From IMG/VR virus record IMGVR_UViG_3300020205_005279, positions 25,051 through 89,050 of that record: DNA of 64,000 bases, one strand, 5' to 3'. This stretch comes from a virus. The notes beneath the pieces are model-generated. The model was not told the DNA's origin, searched no databases, and saw nothing but the letters and a program-made list of their open reading frames with translations. Of the stretch, positions 47,759 through 56,370 are shown one piece after another. Position numbers and translations under genes: made by a program. Numbering within the stretch: the stretch's first letter is position 1; each line of letters begins with the position of its first letter.

Positions 47759-49690
47759 ATGAAAGAGCACGTACTCAACGGAGAAAAACCACTTTCAACT
47801 CAACAGCCCAAAAAGGTTGTCTTTGTTGAAATGTTTAGAGCTGGTCCACAAATCTCTTCTACTGGTCAAAAACTTGTTTTTACAGAGAATGATTTGGACC
47901 AGGTTGTGGGGTCCTACGACCCCATTCATCACGAAGCCCCTCTTATTATCGGTCACGATCAAGAAGATGGAACTCCTGCTCTAGGTTGGGTACAAAAAGT
48001 TTGGAGAAAGGGTAAAGAACTTTGGGGTAAAGTCGAACTTACCCCCAAGGCAGAACAACTCATCAAAGATGGGGTGTTTAAAAAAGTAAGTAGTTCATTT
48101 TATCTGCCCGAGGCTGAAACGAATCCTACCCCTGGGAAATTATCCCTACGTCATCTTGGTTTAGTTTCTATCCCGGCTGTAAAAGGACTCACTGCTTTTT
48201 CGGAGCAATCCGAAGAACAAAAAACGATAACAATAACCCCTTCCGAGGGGGAGTCTTCTATTTCGTTTAAAGAACATTTAGGAAAAAATCTAATTATGGC
48301 TAGGAAAAAAACCAAAACAGAAACTCCTGCTTCGGTGGAATCTACTACTATCGATCACGGCGAAGGGGGTATGACTGTCAATATTAATATTGGCGGGGGG
48401 GCCGGAGGCGGAGCGTCTAAGGCCAACGTTTATGATGATAGCGGCAACAAAATTTCAGAAACCGGCGCACCAGCCGATTATGATATGGATTATGCTATGG
48501 AAGCAGACGCTTCTATGGACGCCGAGCCTATGCCCTCGATGGAAGAGGACATGGAAGGTTCTTCAGATGACTTAGGTCTTGAAGACGACGGGGAAGGCGG
48601 AGAAATGCCCGACGACGGTGCTGAGATGCCCGACGAGGGTGGAGAAATGCCCGATGAGGGTGGAGAGATCCCCGAGGAAGGTGGGGAGGGCGAGATGCCT
48701 TCTGAGCCCACCGAAGATGAAGGTGGGATGGAAACCGATGACATTTCCGGAGAGATGGAAGGTGCCGATGAAAAAATTGCTCAACTCGCCTCAGAATATG
48801 AGATCGAAGAGCTAATTAAGGCCCTAGCCCTCAAAACAGATGCTACTTCCATGATGGAAGGACAAGGAAAAATGTCTTATGGCGAAATGCCTGAAGGCTT
48901 AAAAAAAGCGATTGAAGCCAAAAAAGGAGAAAAATCCGATGAAGAGGACGAGGAAAAGGACTCTGAGGATATGGGCGAGGCAGTGAAGGAAGGTGAAGCG
49001 CCTTCTGGAGCAGAAAAGCCTAGCGCTAAGGAAGTAGGTGGAGCCGAGGAGCCCAAGGGCGAGCAGGTATATGCCGAAGAGGAAACCAACGAAGAGAAAG
49101 AAGAAGAAGAGAGCGCTGAGCATGCCGAAGGCTGCAAAAGCTATGAAGAGGACGAGGACGAAGAGAAGAAAAAAGAAGGTAAAGTAACTTCAGAGGCTAC
49201 AGGAACTCTGGATCATAGCGAAAGTGCTATGGGAGTTCAGGGACAGAAGAATCTTCAGACCCGGGTAGCCGAATTGGAAGAGGAGCTTGCCAAACAGAAA
49301 AAACTAATGAGAGAAAAGGAAATCTCTGATTTCACTGAAACTCTCTACAACGAGGGCAAATTAACCCAACAGATTGTCGCTAAGACCGATCTTGTAAGGT
49401 TCATGGAAACCCTTAACAACAAAAACTCGGTGAATTTCTCCGAGACGGGCAAAGCTTCTCAATTTGATTTCTTCAAAGGCGTACTGGAAAACCTACCTTC
49501 CATGGTAAGCTTTGAAGAATTTGCTACCCCAGCTTCGGCTCCTAAGGCGCCCAAGCAACCTGTCCCCTCAGCCGATGGGTATGTCTACGATCCTACCACA
49601 GCAAATCTTCACGCCCAGGCGTTGGAGTACTCTGAACAAAAGGGCGTTGAATACACCATTGCCTTGAAGGCAATTTTATCTGACTCATAA
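47759..49690 (+). CDS. Mu-like prohead protease fused to acidic scaffold
   Basis: APLIIGH, PALGWV, FKKVSSSF, LRHLGL..PAVKGL; acidic and coiled-coil C-terminal half. Confidence 0.9.
   Translation: MKEHVLNGEKPLSTQQPKKVVFVEMFRAGPQISSTGQKLVFTENDLDQVVGSYDPIHHEAPLIIGHDQEDGTPALGWVQKVWRKGKELWGKVELTPKAEQLIKDGVFKKVSSSFYLPEAETNPTPGKLSLRHLGLVSIPAVKGLTAFSEQSEEQKTITITPSEGESSISFKEHLGKNLIMARKKTKTETPASVESTTIDHGEGGMTVNINIGGGAGGGASKANVYDDSGNKISETGAPADYDMDYAMEADASMDAEPMPSMEEDMEGSSDDLGLEDDGEGGEMPDDGAEMPDEGGEMPDEGGEIPEEGGEGEMPSEPTEDEGGMETDDISGEMEGADEKIAQLASEYEIEELIKALALKTDATSMMEGQGKMSYGEMPEGLKKAIEAKKGEKSDEEDEEKDSEDMGEAVKEGEAPSGAEKPSAKEVGGAEEPKGEQVYAEEETNEEKEEEESAEHAEGCKSYEEDEDEEKKKEGKVTSEATGTLDHSESAMGVQGQKNLQTRVAELEEELAKQKKLMREKEISDFTETLYNEGKLTQQIVAKTDLVRFMETLNNKNSVNFSETGKASQFDFFKGVLENLPSMVSFEEFATPASAPKAPKQPVPSADGYVYDPTTANLHAQALEYSEQKGVEYTIALKAILSDS
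48265..48272 (+). promoter_or_regulatory. Internal putative late promoter for nested scaffold
   Basis: GTTTAAAG, then AGGA, then in-frame ATG 48296. Confidence 0.6.
48296..49690 (+). CDS. Nested in-frame scaffolding protein (Mu gpZ-like)
   Basis: Met180 MARKKTKTET lies right after the protease domain and has its own promoter motif. Confidence 0.6.
   Translation: MARKKTKTETPASVESTTIDHGEGGMTVNINIGGGAGGGASKANVYDDSGNKISETGAPADYDMDYAMEADASMDAEPMPSMEEDMEGSSDDLGLEDDGEGGEMPDDGAEMPDEGGEMPDEGGEIPEEGGEGEMPSEPTEDEGGMETDDISGEMEGADEKIAQLASEYEIEELIKALALKTDATSMMEGQGKMSYGEMPEGLKKAIEAKKGEKSDEEDEEKDSEDMGEAVKEGEAPSGAEKPSAKEVGGAEEPKGEQVYAEEETNEEKEEEESAEHAEGCKSYEEDEDEEKKKEGKVTSEATGTLDHSESAMGVQGQKNLQTRVAELEEELAKQKKLMREKEISDFTETLYNEGKLTQQIVAKTDLVRFMETLNNKNSVNFSETGKASQFDFFKGVLENLPSMVSFEEFATPASAPKAPKQPVPSADGYVYDPTTANLHAQALEYSEQKGVEYTIALKAILSDS
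48596..48679 (+). repeat. 4 x 21-bp tandem repeat encoding G(G/A)E(M/I)P(D/E)(D/E)
   Basis: ggcggagaaatgcccgacgac / ggtgctgagatgcccgacgag / ggtggagaaatgcccgatgag / ggtggagagatccccgaggaa. Confidence 0.9.
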
Positions 49691-49704
49691 GGAGTAAATT
49701 AAAC

Positions 49705-50208
49705 ATGGCAACCGATCCACGTTATATGTCCTTTGACCACCAATATGTAGAGACCGTAACCGTCACCGACGCTACGGCTCTCACTAATGGTCTCGAAGCA
49801 CATCGTTTCATTAAGCGCAATGGCGCTTACCCATCAGCCGGCGGTTTTGCCGCCGGTGTCAATGTATACCGCATCTATGGCCAAGGCGAACTAACCGCCA
49901 AAGGCTACCAAGTAGATGATGGTTCAACTCTGGTCTATGAAGGCCAGCTCAATCCTTCAAACACCCCGCTTAAGCCCGGTGTATTTCCTTATCAGGGTCT
50001 TGCCTCCGTGGTAACCACTGGTATCGTAATTGTTGAAGTTGATTCCACCGCTACTTTCGCTGTAGACGACGCTGTTGTAGCTAACGCTACCGGCCAAGCT
50101 AACGATGGTGGTGCCGGTGTGGTCCTAGGTCGTGCCCTTGACGCTGTTACTGTTGCCGGAGCCGGCCAGTATATTCGCGTTAAGCTCGGTAACGAAGCTG
50201 GTGCTTGA
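49705..50208 (+). CDS. Capsid cement/decoration protein (DUF2190-like)
   Basis: HRFI, V...G...VE, G.ALD...AG..IRV.L; lies between scaffold and capsid genes; AGGAG RBS. Confidence 0.75.
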   Translation: MATDPRYMSFDHQYVETVTVTDATALTNGLEAHRFIKRNGAYPSAGGFAAGVNVYRIYGQGELTAKGYQVDDGSTLVYEGQLNPSNTPLKPGVFPYQGLASVVTTGIVIVEVDSTATFAVDDAVVANATGQANDGGAGVVLGRALDAVTVAGAGQYIRVKLGNEAGA

Positions 50209-50233
50209 TAGATATTAAAGGAGAAAAACTATC

Positions 50234-51220
50234 ATGATGAATCTTGATCAAGTAAGAATTATTGATCCAATTCTTACGCAACTCGCCCAAGGTTACAAAA
50301 ACTCAGAAGGCGTAGCTACATTCTTCGCTCCTTCGGTATCTATGAATACCAGAGCAGGCCGCACGTTAGTCTTCGGCAAAGAAGCCTTTGCTGCTCAGAG
50401 CTTCCTAAGAAGCCCTGGAACTAACATTCAGAAAGTCCAAAATCAATTCGGAACTCGTTCATTCGCCCTCCGTCAGGAAGCAATTAGCTGGGAGATTGCC
50501 GAAGAGATCGCGGCTGAGGCCAAAAATGGCGCTGCTCAGATTGACCTTCGTCAATTTGCTGCTAAAGACGCCGCTAATCGCCTCATGCAGTCCTGGGAAG
50601 TCCAAGTTGCTGAAAAAGTAACCGACGACACTCAGTACGAAACCGGTAACGTTCTTGACCTCTCCGTCTATAACGGAGGCGCAGACCAATTCAACTCGCC
50701 AACCGCCGACGTTGAAGTTCTGATGGACGATGCCAAAGAACAAGTCCGCTCGCAGATTGGTATCTATCCCAACAAGATGGTGATTTCACCTGACGCCTTT
50801 AACGCCCTCAAGCGTAACAAGCGTATTCGTGATTTCATGCAGCGTGGCGTTTTGGTAGATGAGAAGACCTTGGCTCAAATCTTTGGTCTCGATGAGATTC
50901 GCGTTGCTCGTAGACTCAAACTCAACCAGGCAACTGGGGATCTTGAGAACATCTACAATAACATCGCAGTTCTTTTCTACCATCCTTCAGGTTCCACAGA
51001 CGGCTTTATGCCTGCTTTGGATGCCAACTATGGTAATCCTGCCTTTGCCTACACTTATACTCTTACCGGGTATCCTATCGCTACTCCTGAGCGCTTCAAC
51101 ATTGAGCGCAGAGTATTCAGCGGAGACATTCTTGTTGAGCGTAGCTTTGAGCTCGTCGGCATGGGTGAGAACGGAAAGTGTGGTTCAGGGTTTATCTTCA
51201 ACAACCCAGTTGCTGTTTGA
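50234..51220 (+). CDS. Major capsid protein
   Basis: RIIDPILT.LAQGY, FGKEAF, PNKMVIS, P.FAYTY.L.G.P; AAGGAG RBS. Confidence 0.9.
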   Translation: MMNLDQVRIIDPILTQLAQGYKNSEGVATFFAPSVSMNTRAGRTLVFGKEAFAAQSFLRSPGTNIQKVQNQFGTRSFALRQEAISWEIAEEIAAEAKNGAAQIDLRQFAAKDAANRLMQSWEVQVAEKVTDDTQYETGNVLDLSVYNGGADQFNSPTADVEVLMDDAKEQVRSQIGIYPNKMVISPDAFNALKRNKRIRDFMQRGVLVDEKTLAQIFGLDEIRVARRLKLNQATGDLENIYNNIAVLFYHPSGSTDGFMPALDANYGNPAFAYTYTLTGYPIATPERFNIERRVFSGDILVERSFELVGMGENGKCGSGFIFNNPVAV

Positions 51221-51227
51221 GTTTAAC

Positions 51228-51554
51228 TCACTCGGTAATCAATGGAGGCCTTCGGGCCTCTTTTTTATTACGTATTGCCCCAAGTAACTTGGTCCCTATT
51301 TCTAGGTTGATGGAAAAAAATTGACTTGTTATTTCCTGTCCAAATAAACTCTCGAGTTGGTACTCCATTGTTCCTTCGTCGGTAAAGATGTCCTTTTCCA
51401 CGAGAAGTTTTTCCATGGCTTCTAGGTCTTTAATACTAAAATAATCCGCCTCCAGCATTGATATAATGGCCTGTACTGTTCTCCTAAAAACAAATCTTTC
51501 TTTCTTCAAGTCTCTATCTAGGGCGTAGGCTAAAGATTTTAAAGTTTTTTCCAC
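51228..51554 (-). CDS. Hypothetical protein (108 aa)
   Basis: ORF track; extended -10 TGGTATAAT at 51577-51569 upstream. Confidence 0.55.
   Translation of the reverse strand: MEKTLKSLAYALDRDLKKERFVFRRTVQAIISMLEADYFSIKDLEAMEKLLVEKDIFTDEGTMEYQLESLFGQEITSQFFSINLEIGTKLLGAIRNKKEARRPPLITE
51245..51266 (+). terminator. Intrinsic terminator after capsid gene
   Basis: GAGGCC-TTCG-GGCCTC-TTTTTT. Confidence 0.92.
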
Positions 51555-51597
51555 GAGTGTTTTATGTAATTATACCATAAGATAACATCAAGGTTTA

Positions 51598-51605
51598 GTT
51601 TAAAG
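51598..51605 (+). promoter_or_regulatory. Putative late promoter GTTTAAAG
   Basis: ~25 nt before ATG 51631. Confidence 0.65.
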
Positions 51606-51630
51606 TCTATTGTAATAGAAGACCTGTATT

Positions 51631-52425
51631 ATGCCTCAGGCACCATACCCCGATAATTTTGGAGTAGCAGACAACTGCAATCCGGCCACGGTCGATTACT
51701 TTGTAGAAATTTTTGGTTACCAAGAGGCCGTAGAGTTATCGAACATCGACTCTCCGACCGGGAACCAAATAGACGTAGATAAGATTCAAATTGCTCTCAA
51801 CGACGCTGCAACTCTTATCAACAACTACATCATCACCGCGCCACCGCAGGGCAAGATTCTTATTGCCGGGTCATATCGTCGCACTCAAGCCACAATTGCC
51901 CGCTGGTATCTAGATATACTTCGTCCTCGCCAACAAGTCATAGATGCCGCAGAAAAAGCCCTTGAGCAACTTGAGTTGTGGGCCTCTAAAGCTTCCCCGT
52001 CCTCCGGGTTAAAATGGCAAGAAGCATACCGCTACTGGAATAGTAGTTGCTCTATGACAAAGAGCGCGTATAGGAGAGGGCGTAGTTTTACCGAACCGTC
52101 TCTCAATCGTTGGGTGCTCAACGAAGGTGGGAACAATCGCTGGTGGCAGTTCCCCCGCAAGGAGGCTATTAGCACCCCACGGATCCATGCCCAGGGACTT
52201 TCTGATGCGACCCTTGATATTAGAACTGGGGCCGCCGAATCCACCGTTGAAATCAATCAACTATTCGATGCGCTAGAAACCACAAGGGACCTTGGGTCAT
52301 TTACAAACACCGCGGATGTTATTAATGCAGAAAACGGAGATATGATAGTAGCCACTAACACAACCGAGTCCGAAAACGGAGAATTTGACAACTTCAATGG
52401 CCTGAAAGAAGGCGATACGTTCTAA
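51631..52425 (+). CDS. Head-tail adaptor, Mu gp36/DUF1320-like, C-terminally extended
   Basis: ID.DKIQ.AL.DA...IN.Y, IARWYL, AL..LE. Confidence 0.8.
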   Translation: MPQAPYPDNFGVADNCNPATVDYFVEIFGYQEAVELSNIDSPTGNQIDVDKIQIALNDAATLINNYIITAPPQGKILIAGSYRRTQATIARWYLDILRPRQQVIDAAEKALEQLELWASKASPSSGLKWQEAYRYWNSSCSMTKSAYRRGRSFTEPSLNRWVLNEGGNNRWWQFPRKEAISTPRIHAQGLSDATLDIRTGAAESTVEINQLFDALETTRDLGSFTNTADVINAENGDMIVATNTTESENGEFDNFNGLKEGDTF

Positions 52426-52451
52426 CCCCACCCCACTCCTACTCTATTACC

Positions 52452-52793
52452 ATGAGCAATCAACCGTATGGCTATGACCCATTTAACCCTGGCCCCGCGG
52501 ATGGCCAGGCCTTCCTCCTCATCCAAGACGGGCCTTCTGGCGGTTGTTATTATTTGGGCGGAGCCTATGGCCGTTTAGGTGGGAGAGTGGGAGTATTCCC
52601 CGATAGTACGGAATATAAGCAATCCGCCGAAGAACTTCGCCAATACATACTTAGTCTTGAAAGTTCTAGGAGGATCCAAGATCTTTCCAACGTAAACTTT
52701 GTTCGCAACGTAAAACCTGGCGACGCCCTACTCTATAACTTTACAACCGGCAACTGGGAGCTTCAAAACTTCATTAGTGGCGGGGAGTGGTAA
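52452..52793 (+). CDS. Small neck/fibre-associated protein
   Basis: DLSNV....GDALLYN..TG.W motif; ends SGGEW. Confidence 0.55.
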   Translation: MSNQPYGYDPFNPGPADGQAFLLIQDGPSGGCYYLGGAYGRLGGRVGVFPDSTEYKQSAEELRQYILSLESSRRIQDLSNVNFVRNVKPGDALLYNFTTGNWELQNFISGGEW

Positions 52794-52796
52794 ACT

Positions 52797-53732
52797 GTGC
52801 TTCTTGAAATAGAAAATCAACTCCATAGGAGAGTGCATAAGACGCTCGGTCAGAGCGCCGTGGTTCTTCGCCTTGCAGAAGAACTAGATGAGTCGGGAAG
52901 AGTATCTGAACAAACAATGATTATCGTTAGTTATGCTAACGAGAATACTAATAATCCAAACAAAGGAGCCTATATTCCCACAATTAGAAATAGATCTCTT
53001 AGCTACTCGATTACAATCGTTCAAAAACAAGTCCAGCGAGAAGGGCATAGTTTCGCGCTTCCGCTTATGGATCTGATTTATGACGCCGTTTCTGGATGGG
53101 TGCCAGAAATACCCGGATTAGAATTTCAGACAGGATTTGAGCCAGGCCCCGGGCGTTTTGTCCAAGTCACCGAGGCCTCTCAATTTATCTATGAAATGAA
53201 CTTTACCATTGAGGTATTGCTTTCAGACGGAAGGTTCTATTCTCAACCTTGTGCCGCTTTTGATTCTATTTCTATCGAAGATTTTTTACCACAGCGTAGT
53301 TGTCTTCTTACGGAAGACAGAAAGAACACGGGCTTGGCAGTTTGGAGAAGAAAAGTAGACGTAGATACGACCGAGGAGTATGTTGTTGAAGACTTACGAT
53401 GCAAAAGAGAAATTAGTGATGCGCTTATCTTAATCTGCTCAGAAGAACTTAATGGCGACGCCACTTACCAATTTATCCCCAGAGATGCATTATCATTCAA
53501 TTCCACGGGAGATAGGGTAATAGACCAGTCAAAAACAACCTCTGGAACACTGCAAAAATGTTGGAAGTGTTACAAAGACCAAACAGAACCTTACCCACCT
53601 TGGTTTAAGTTAAACATAGACGCCGGATTATGGAGAAATATAGCAGGAACTGTTCCAAACTCCAACCCTCTTACTTCTTCTCGTCAAGACTTTTATCTTT
53701 CTACAAATTCAGCATACGGTGAATCAACATGA
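52797..53732 (+). CDS. Tail terminator, Mu gp37-like, with Cys-rich extension
   Basis: LEIENQL..R, ALPLMD.I.DA.SGW.P, YEM.F. Confidence 0.7.
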   Translation: MLLEIENQLHRRVHKTLGQSAVVLRLAEELDESGRVSEQTMIIVSYANENTNNPNKGAYIPTIRNRSLSYSITIVQKQVQREGHSFALPLMDLIYDAVSGWVPEIPGLEFQTGFEPGPGRFVQVTEASQFIYEMNFTIEVLLSDGRFYSQPCAAFDSISIEDFLPQRSCLLTEDRKNTGLAVWRRKVDVDTTEEYVVEDLRCKREISDALILICSEELNGDATYQFIPRDALSFNSTGDRVIDQSKTTSGTLQKCWKCYKDQTEPYPPWFKLNIDAGLWRNIAGTVPNSNPLTSSRQDFYLSTNSAYGEST

Positions 53733-54142
53733 ACCCCATATACACTCAAGTACTAGAGCTTCAACATAATCTTATCGAGGCGGCTCATTTAGCGCACTGG
53801 AATGTCACTGGCATTGACTTCTATCACTTCCACCTGCTTTTTGAGAAGGTATATGAGACTTTTGCGGAAAAGTTTGATCCTATGGCCGAGCAGATTAGAA
53901 GTTTGGGAATTGAAATCCCGGCATCTATCATGAACTCAGTACCTGAGTTAGAATGGACCACACCGGCAGAACTATGCAAAGAACTGTGTAATTTGGTCAA
54001 GGAGCTGGACGAGGGATTAAAGAGAGCCCGTGAAGAAGCCGAAGGTGATAAAAACTATGGTCTCATTGCTGCCATTGAGGACATGTTGATGAGTTGCAAT
54101 GCCACCTGCTACCTTCTAGAATCCGTTAATGCTGAAATCTGA
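53729..54142 (+). CDS. dps: Dps/ferritin-like protein
   Basis: AHWNVTG.DF..FH.LFE..Y, D.MAEQIR.LG. Confidence 0.85.
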   Translation: MNPIYTQVLELQHNLIEAAHLAHWNVTGIDFYHFHLLFEKVYETFAEKFDPMAEQIRSLGIEIPASIMNSVPELEWTTPAELCKELCNLVKELDEGLKRAREEAEGDKNYGLIAAIEDMLMSCNATCYLLESVNAEI

Positions 54143-54143
54143 A

Positions 54144-54173
54144 CAAAATAAAGCCCCGGCGCAAACCAGGGCT
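54144..54173 (-). terminator. Intrinsic terminator after rlpA-like gene
   Basis: On the - strand: AGCCCTGG-TTTGCG-CCGGGGCT-TTATTTTG. Confidence 0.7.
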
Positions 54174-54205
54174 CCCTTTGATATTCGGTTGTAGTTGGTG
54201 TCCTT

Positions 54206-54574
54206 CTACCAGGAAATACAGACGTTCTGTACTCCTCTAGATAGAGGTGCTAGATCGCTAAAGGATTTAGCAGATAGGTCTATGACTCGCCCGCCGACAA
54301 AAGGTCCGCGGTCCGTAATCTTGACTTTAGTGCTTTGGCCGTTAGCAGTCACCGTAACAACCGTTCCAAATGGTAGCCACTTATGCGCTGCTTGATTCGA
54401 CCAGGTGTCAAACCGCTTACCTGAAGCAGTAATTCCACCCTGATATCCGTCTCCTAGTCCGTAATAACTTGCTCCTCCGCACTGTTTCCTTGATGATGCA
54501 TTTACTGCCTCACCAGGCAGAAAAGAAATGGTGGCGGCGGCAAGGGCGGCCAAGGTGATAATAGTTTTTTTCAT
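54206..54574 (-). CDS. rlpA: RlpA-like double-psi beta-barrel lytic transglycosylase with signal peptide
   Basis: GASYYG, TASG..FD, AAHK.LPFGT, ITDRGPF..GRVIDLS; start re-set to MKKTII after a GGAG RBS. Confidence 0.9.
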   Translation of the reverse strand: MKKTIITLAALAAATISFLPGEAVNASSRKQCGGASYYGLGDGYQGGITASGKRFDTWSNQAAHKWLPFGTVVTVTANGQSTKVKITDRGPFVGGRVIDLSAKSFSDLAPLSRGVQNVCISW

Positions 54575-54731
54575 AAGCTCCGAGATAAAGGACATAGCAT
54601 TCCAGGGTCATCTTTGCAATCTGCAATTGTTTATTGATGAGATAGAGGTGCTATGACAGTCGCCCGGCAAGCATAAAACTAGGTTTCAGGGGCTTGACAA
54701 GCGACTGAATTTAACTTTAAACTGATTTGGG

Positions 54732-55013
54732 CTATTGCAGCTTCAAATACAGCGACCGATTTTCTTTAATGTTTGAGAAAAGGGTCGAGAGGGATATCAG
54801 TCTGTGCCCTCCATTATTAATTATACCATGGGATTTGGGATATTTGGTCGGCGGGTAGCCAGTTCGGCGAAGTAGCACGATATCTGGCGAATTGGCCCCT
54901 ACCCACTGAGAGGGGCGTTTATGCCTGGACATGAGCGTCGGCTCTTCGCGGAGGAATAGCGAAAATCCGTAGGTGGCTCTGAAGAAGTCGTTGAGGTCGT
55001 CGAAGGTCGTCAT
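54732..55013 (-). CDS. Hypothetical protein
   Basis: ORF track; coupled small-gene run. Confidence 0.55.
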   Translation of the reverse strand: MTTFDDLNDFFRATYGFSLFLREEPTLMSRHKRPSQWVGANSPDIVLLRRTGYPPTKYPKSHGIINNGGHRLISLSTLFSNIKENRSLYLKLQ

Positions 55014-55216
55014 GGCAAATTTTCAAGCTCCAGTGATAGGGCAATTAAATCATTTTTATCTAATACTGCTAAGTTGTTCAGTTTGGATGCTGTTAGGGTT
55101 TTAACGTGTTCCATTGCTTTACGAACAATAACTGCAACCAATCTTTGCTCAGTATTTGCCCAGGTGTTTCGTTCATGCCACACCTGTTCCATTAACTTTT
55201 GCGCTCTTTCAGTCAT
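55010..55216 (-). CDS. Hypothetical protein (cyanophage-type)
   Basis: ATGA-coupled small ORF. Confidence 0.65.
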   Translation of the reverse strand: MTERAQKLMEQVWHERNTWANTEQRLVAVIVRKAMEHVKTLTASKLNNLAVLDKNDLIALSLELENLP

Positions 55217-55446
55217 TTGTTACTACAATCAAGAAAATACCTGTACTCGGCAAGCATATCATCATGCCATCTAACTACGTCACAACCTTTATACTCTGAC
55301 ACAATCGTAAAAGTACCTAGAGACTTTGGTGCCTCTTTTGGTTTCCAGTCCTCTGCTGGAATTAAAAACACAAGGAATAGAGTAAGAAAACCCGCACCAA
55401 TAACTACACCAAATAGCACGGCGCGATAATAATCATTGCTGCTCAT
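55213..55446 (-). CDS. Small membrane protein
   Basis: N-terminal TM helix; F..V..YKGCDVVRW..YFLDC cyanophage-type motif. Confidence 0.7.
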   Translation of the reverse strand: MSSNDYYRAVLFGVVIGAGFLTLFLVFLIPAEDWKPKEAPKSLGTFTIVSEYKGCDVVRWHDDMLAEYRYFLDCSNK

Positions 55447-55739
55447 TTTAAAATCTCCTCTGCTTTTAATTCGCCATAGTCTTCCTCATCGAGCATTTCC
55501 ATCACAAACCCTTCGAGGTCAGTGGCATCACGTTCATAAACGCAGTGCCCCCCTTCAAAGTCGCTTTCGGTGTAATTGCCAAAGTAGTCGTTGAAGGCCA
55601 AAAAAATTGCCATAGTGCGGGCTCTGTCATGGTCGGTAATAACAGTGTGTGGATGTGCTACAATCCGTGCCACACAATCAAACAATTCTTCTCTGGTATA
55701 TGAGAAGGCTATTGCAGCTTCATTTAGACTGTAAGTCAT
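55443..55739 (-). CDS. Hypothetical protein
   Basis: ATGA-coupled small ORF. Confidence 0.65.
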   Translation of the reverse strand: MTYSLNEAAIAFSYTREELFDCVARIVAHPHTVITDHDRARTMAIFLAFNDYFGNYTESDFEGGHCVYERDATDLEGFVMEMLDEEDYGELKAEEILK

Positions 55740-55944
55740 CCCAAGTGGTACTCCTTTTTAAAAGTTGTTTTAGTGATTCGATTGTTTTTGGGTCTGTAGG
55801 TTTGCTGATTTGTCTTGCCAACTCATCATAGTCCCTACGAGAGAGATAAATTGTTTCTGGTTTTGCTCCAAAGTACTTAAGGCATCTGCGCTCGTACCTC
55901 CAGTGCTTATAATCATACCACAAAGATAGAAAAAAGTTTTTCAT
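55720..55944 (-). CDS. Hypothetical protein
   Basis: ORF track. Confidence 0.6.
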   Translation of the reverse strand: MKNFFLSLWYDYKHWRYERRCLKYFGAKPETIYLSRRDYDELARQISKPTDPKTIESLKQLLKRSTTWDDLQSK

Positions 55945-56204
55945 AGTTCTCTGGTGTGTGAAAGATCGGATGGAAGCCGGTAAGGGATAAGGGCCAAACT
56001 GAATGAAAAAGACCAGGCCCTAAAATCTATGCTAAATAGTGCGCCAGCTAATACCCCAAAGGCAAAGCGAATATCCGGTTCCCAAGACCAATATTCAGTT
56101 GTGTGAAACTCCCCATCAAGGATGTTGAAGTTCTTAAATTGGCCCACGATGAGGTAGATGTCGTGGCCAAAATCGTAGTCCCTATAATAGTCAAAGAGTT
56201 TCAT
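55941..56204 (-). CDS. Hypothetical protein
   Basis: ORF track. Confidence 0.6.
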   Translation of the reverse strand: MKLFDYYRDYDFGHDIYLIVGQFKNFNILDGEFHTTEYWSWEPDIRFAFGVLAGALFSIDFRAWSFSFSLALIPYRLPSDLSHTREL

Positions 56205-56370
56205 CGTTAAAGGTGAAGTATTCGTGAATTTCAGCCATCACAGCCTCGTCAATGTGCTGCATAATAGCACTCGGCAAGGGGTTCTCTACGTGCTTGTGAG
56301 CACGTCCCCAGCCCCGACGCACACCCGCCTCAATTGCCATTTCTAAAATCACAAGAGTTTTAGGTTTCAT
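56191..56370 (-). CDS. Hypothetical protein (59 aa, below ORF-track cutoff)
   Basis: MKPKTLVILEMAIEAGVRRGWGRAHKHVENP...EYFTF; ATGA-coupled to the polymerase stop. Confidence 0.7.
   Translation of the reverse strand: MKPKTLVILEMAIEAGVRRGWGRAHKHVENPLPSAIMQHIDEAVMAEIHEYFTFNDETL

Noticed and set aside
26885-53732. Integrated Mu-like prophage or contractile injection system in a bacterial chromosome
   Set aside because: No transposase, repressor or host housekeeping genes are seen; capsid and portal are present; the whole window is phage-like
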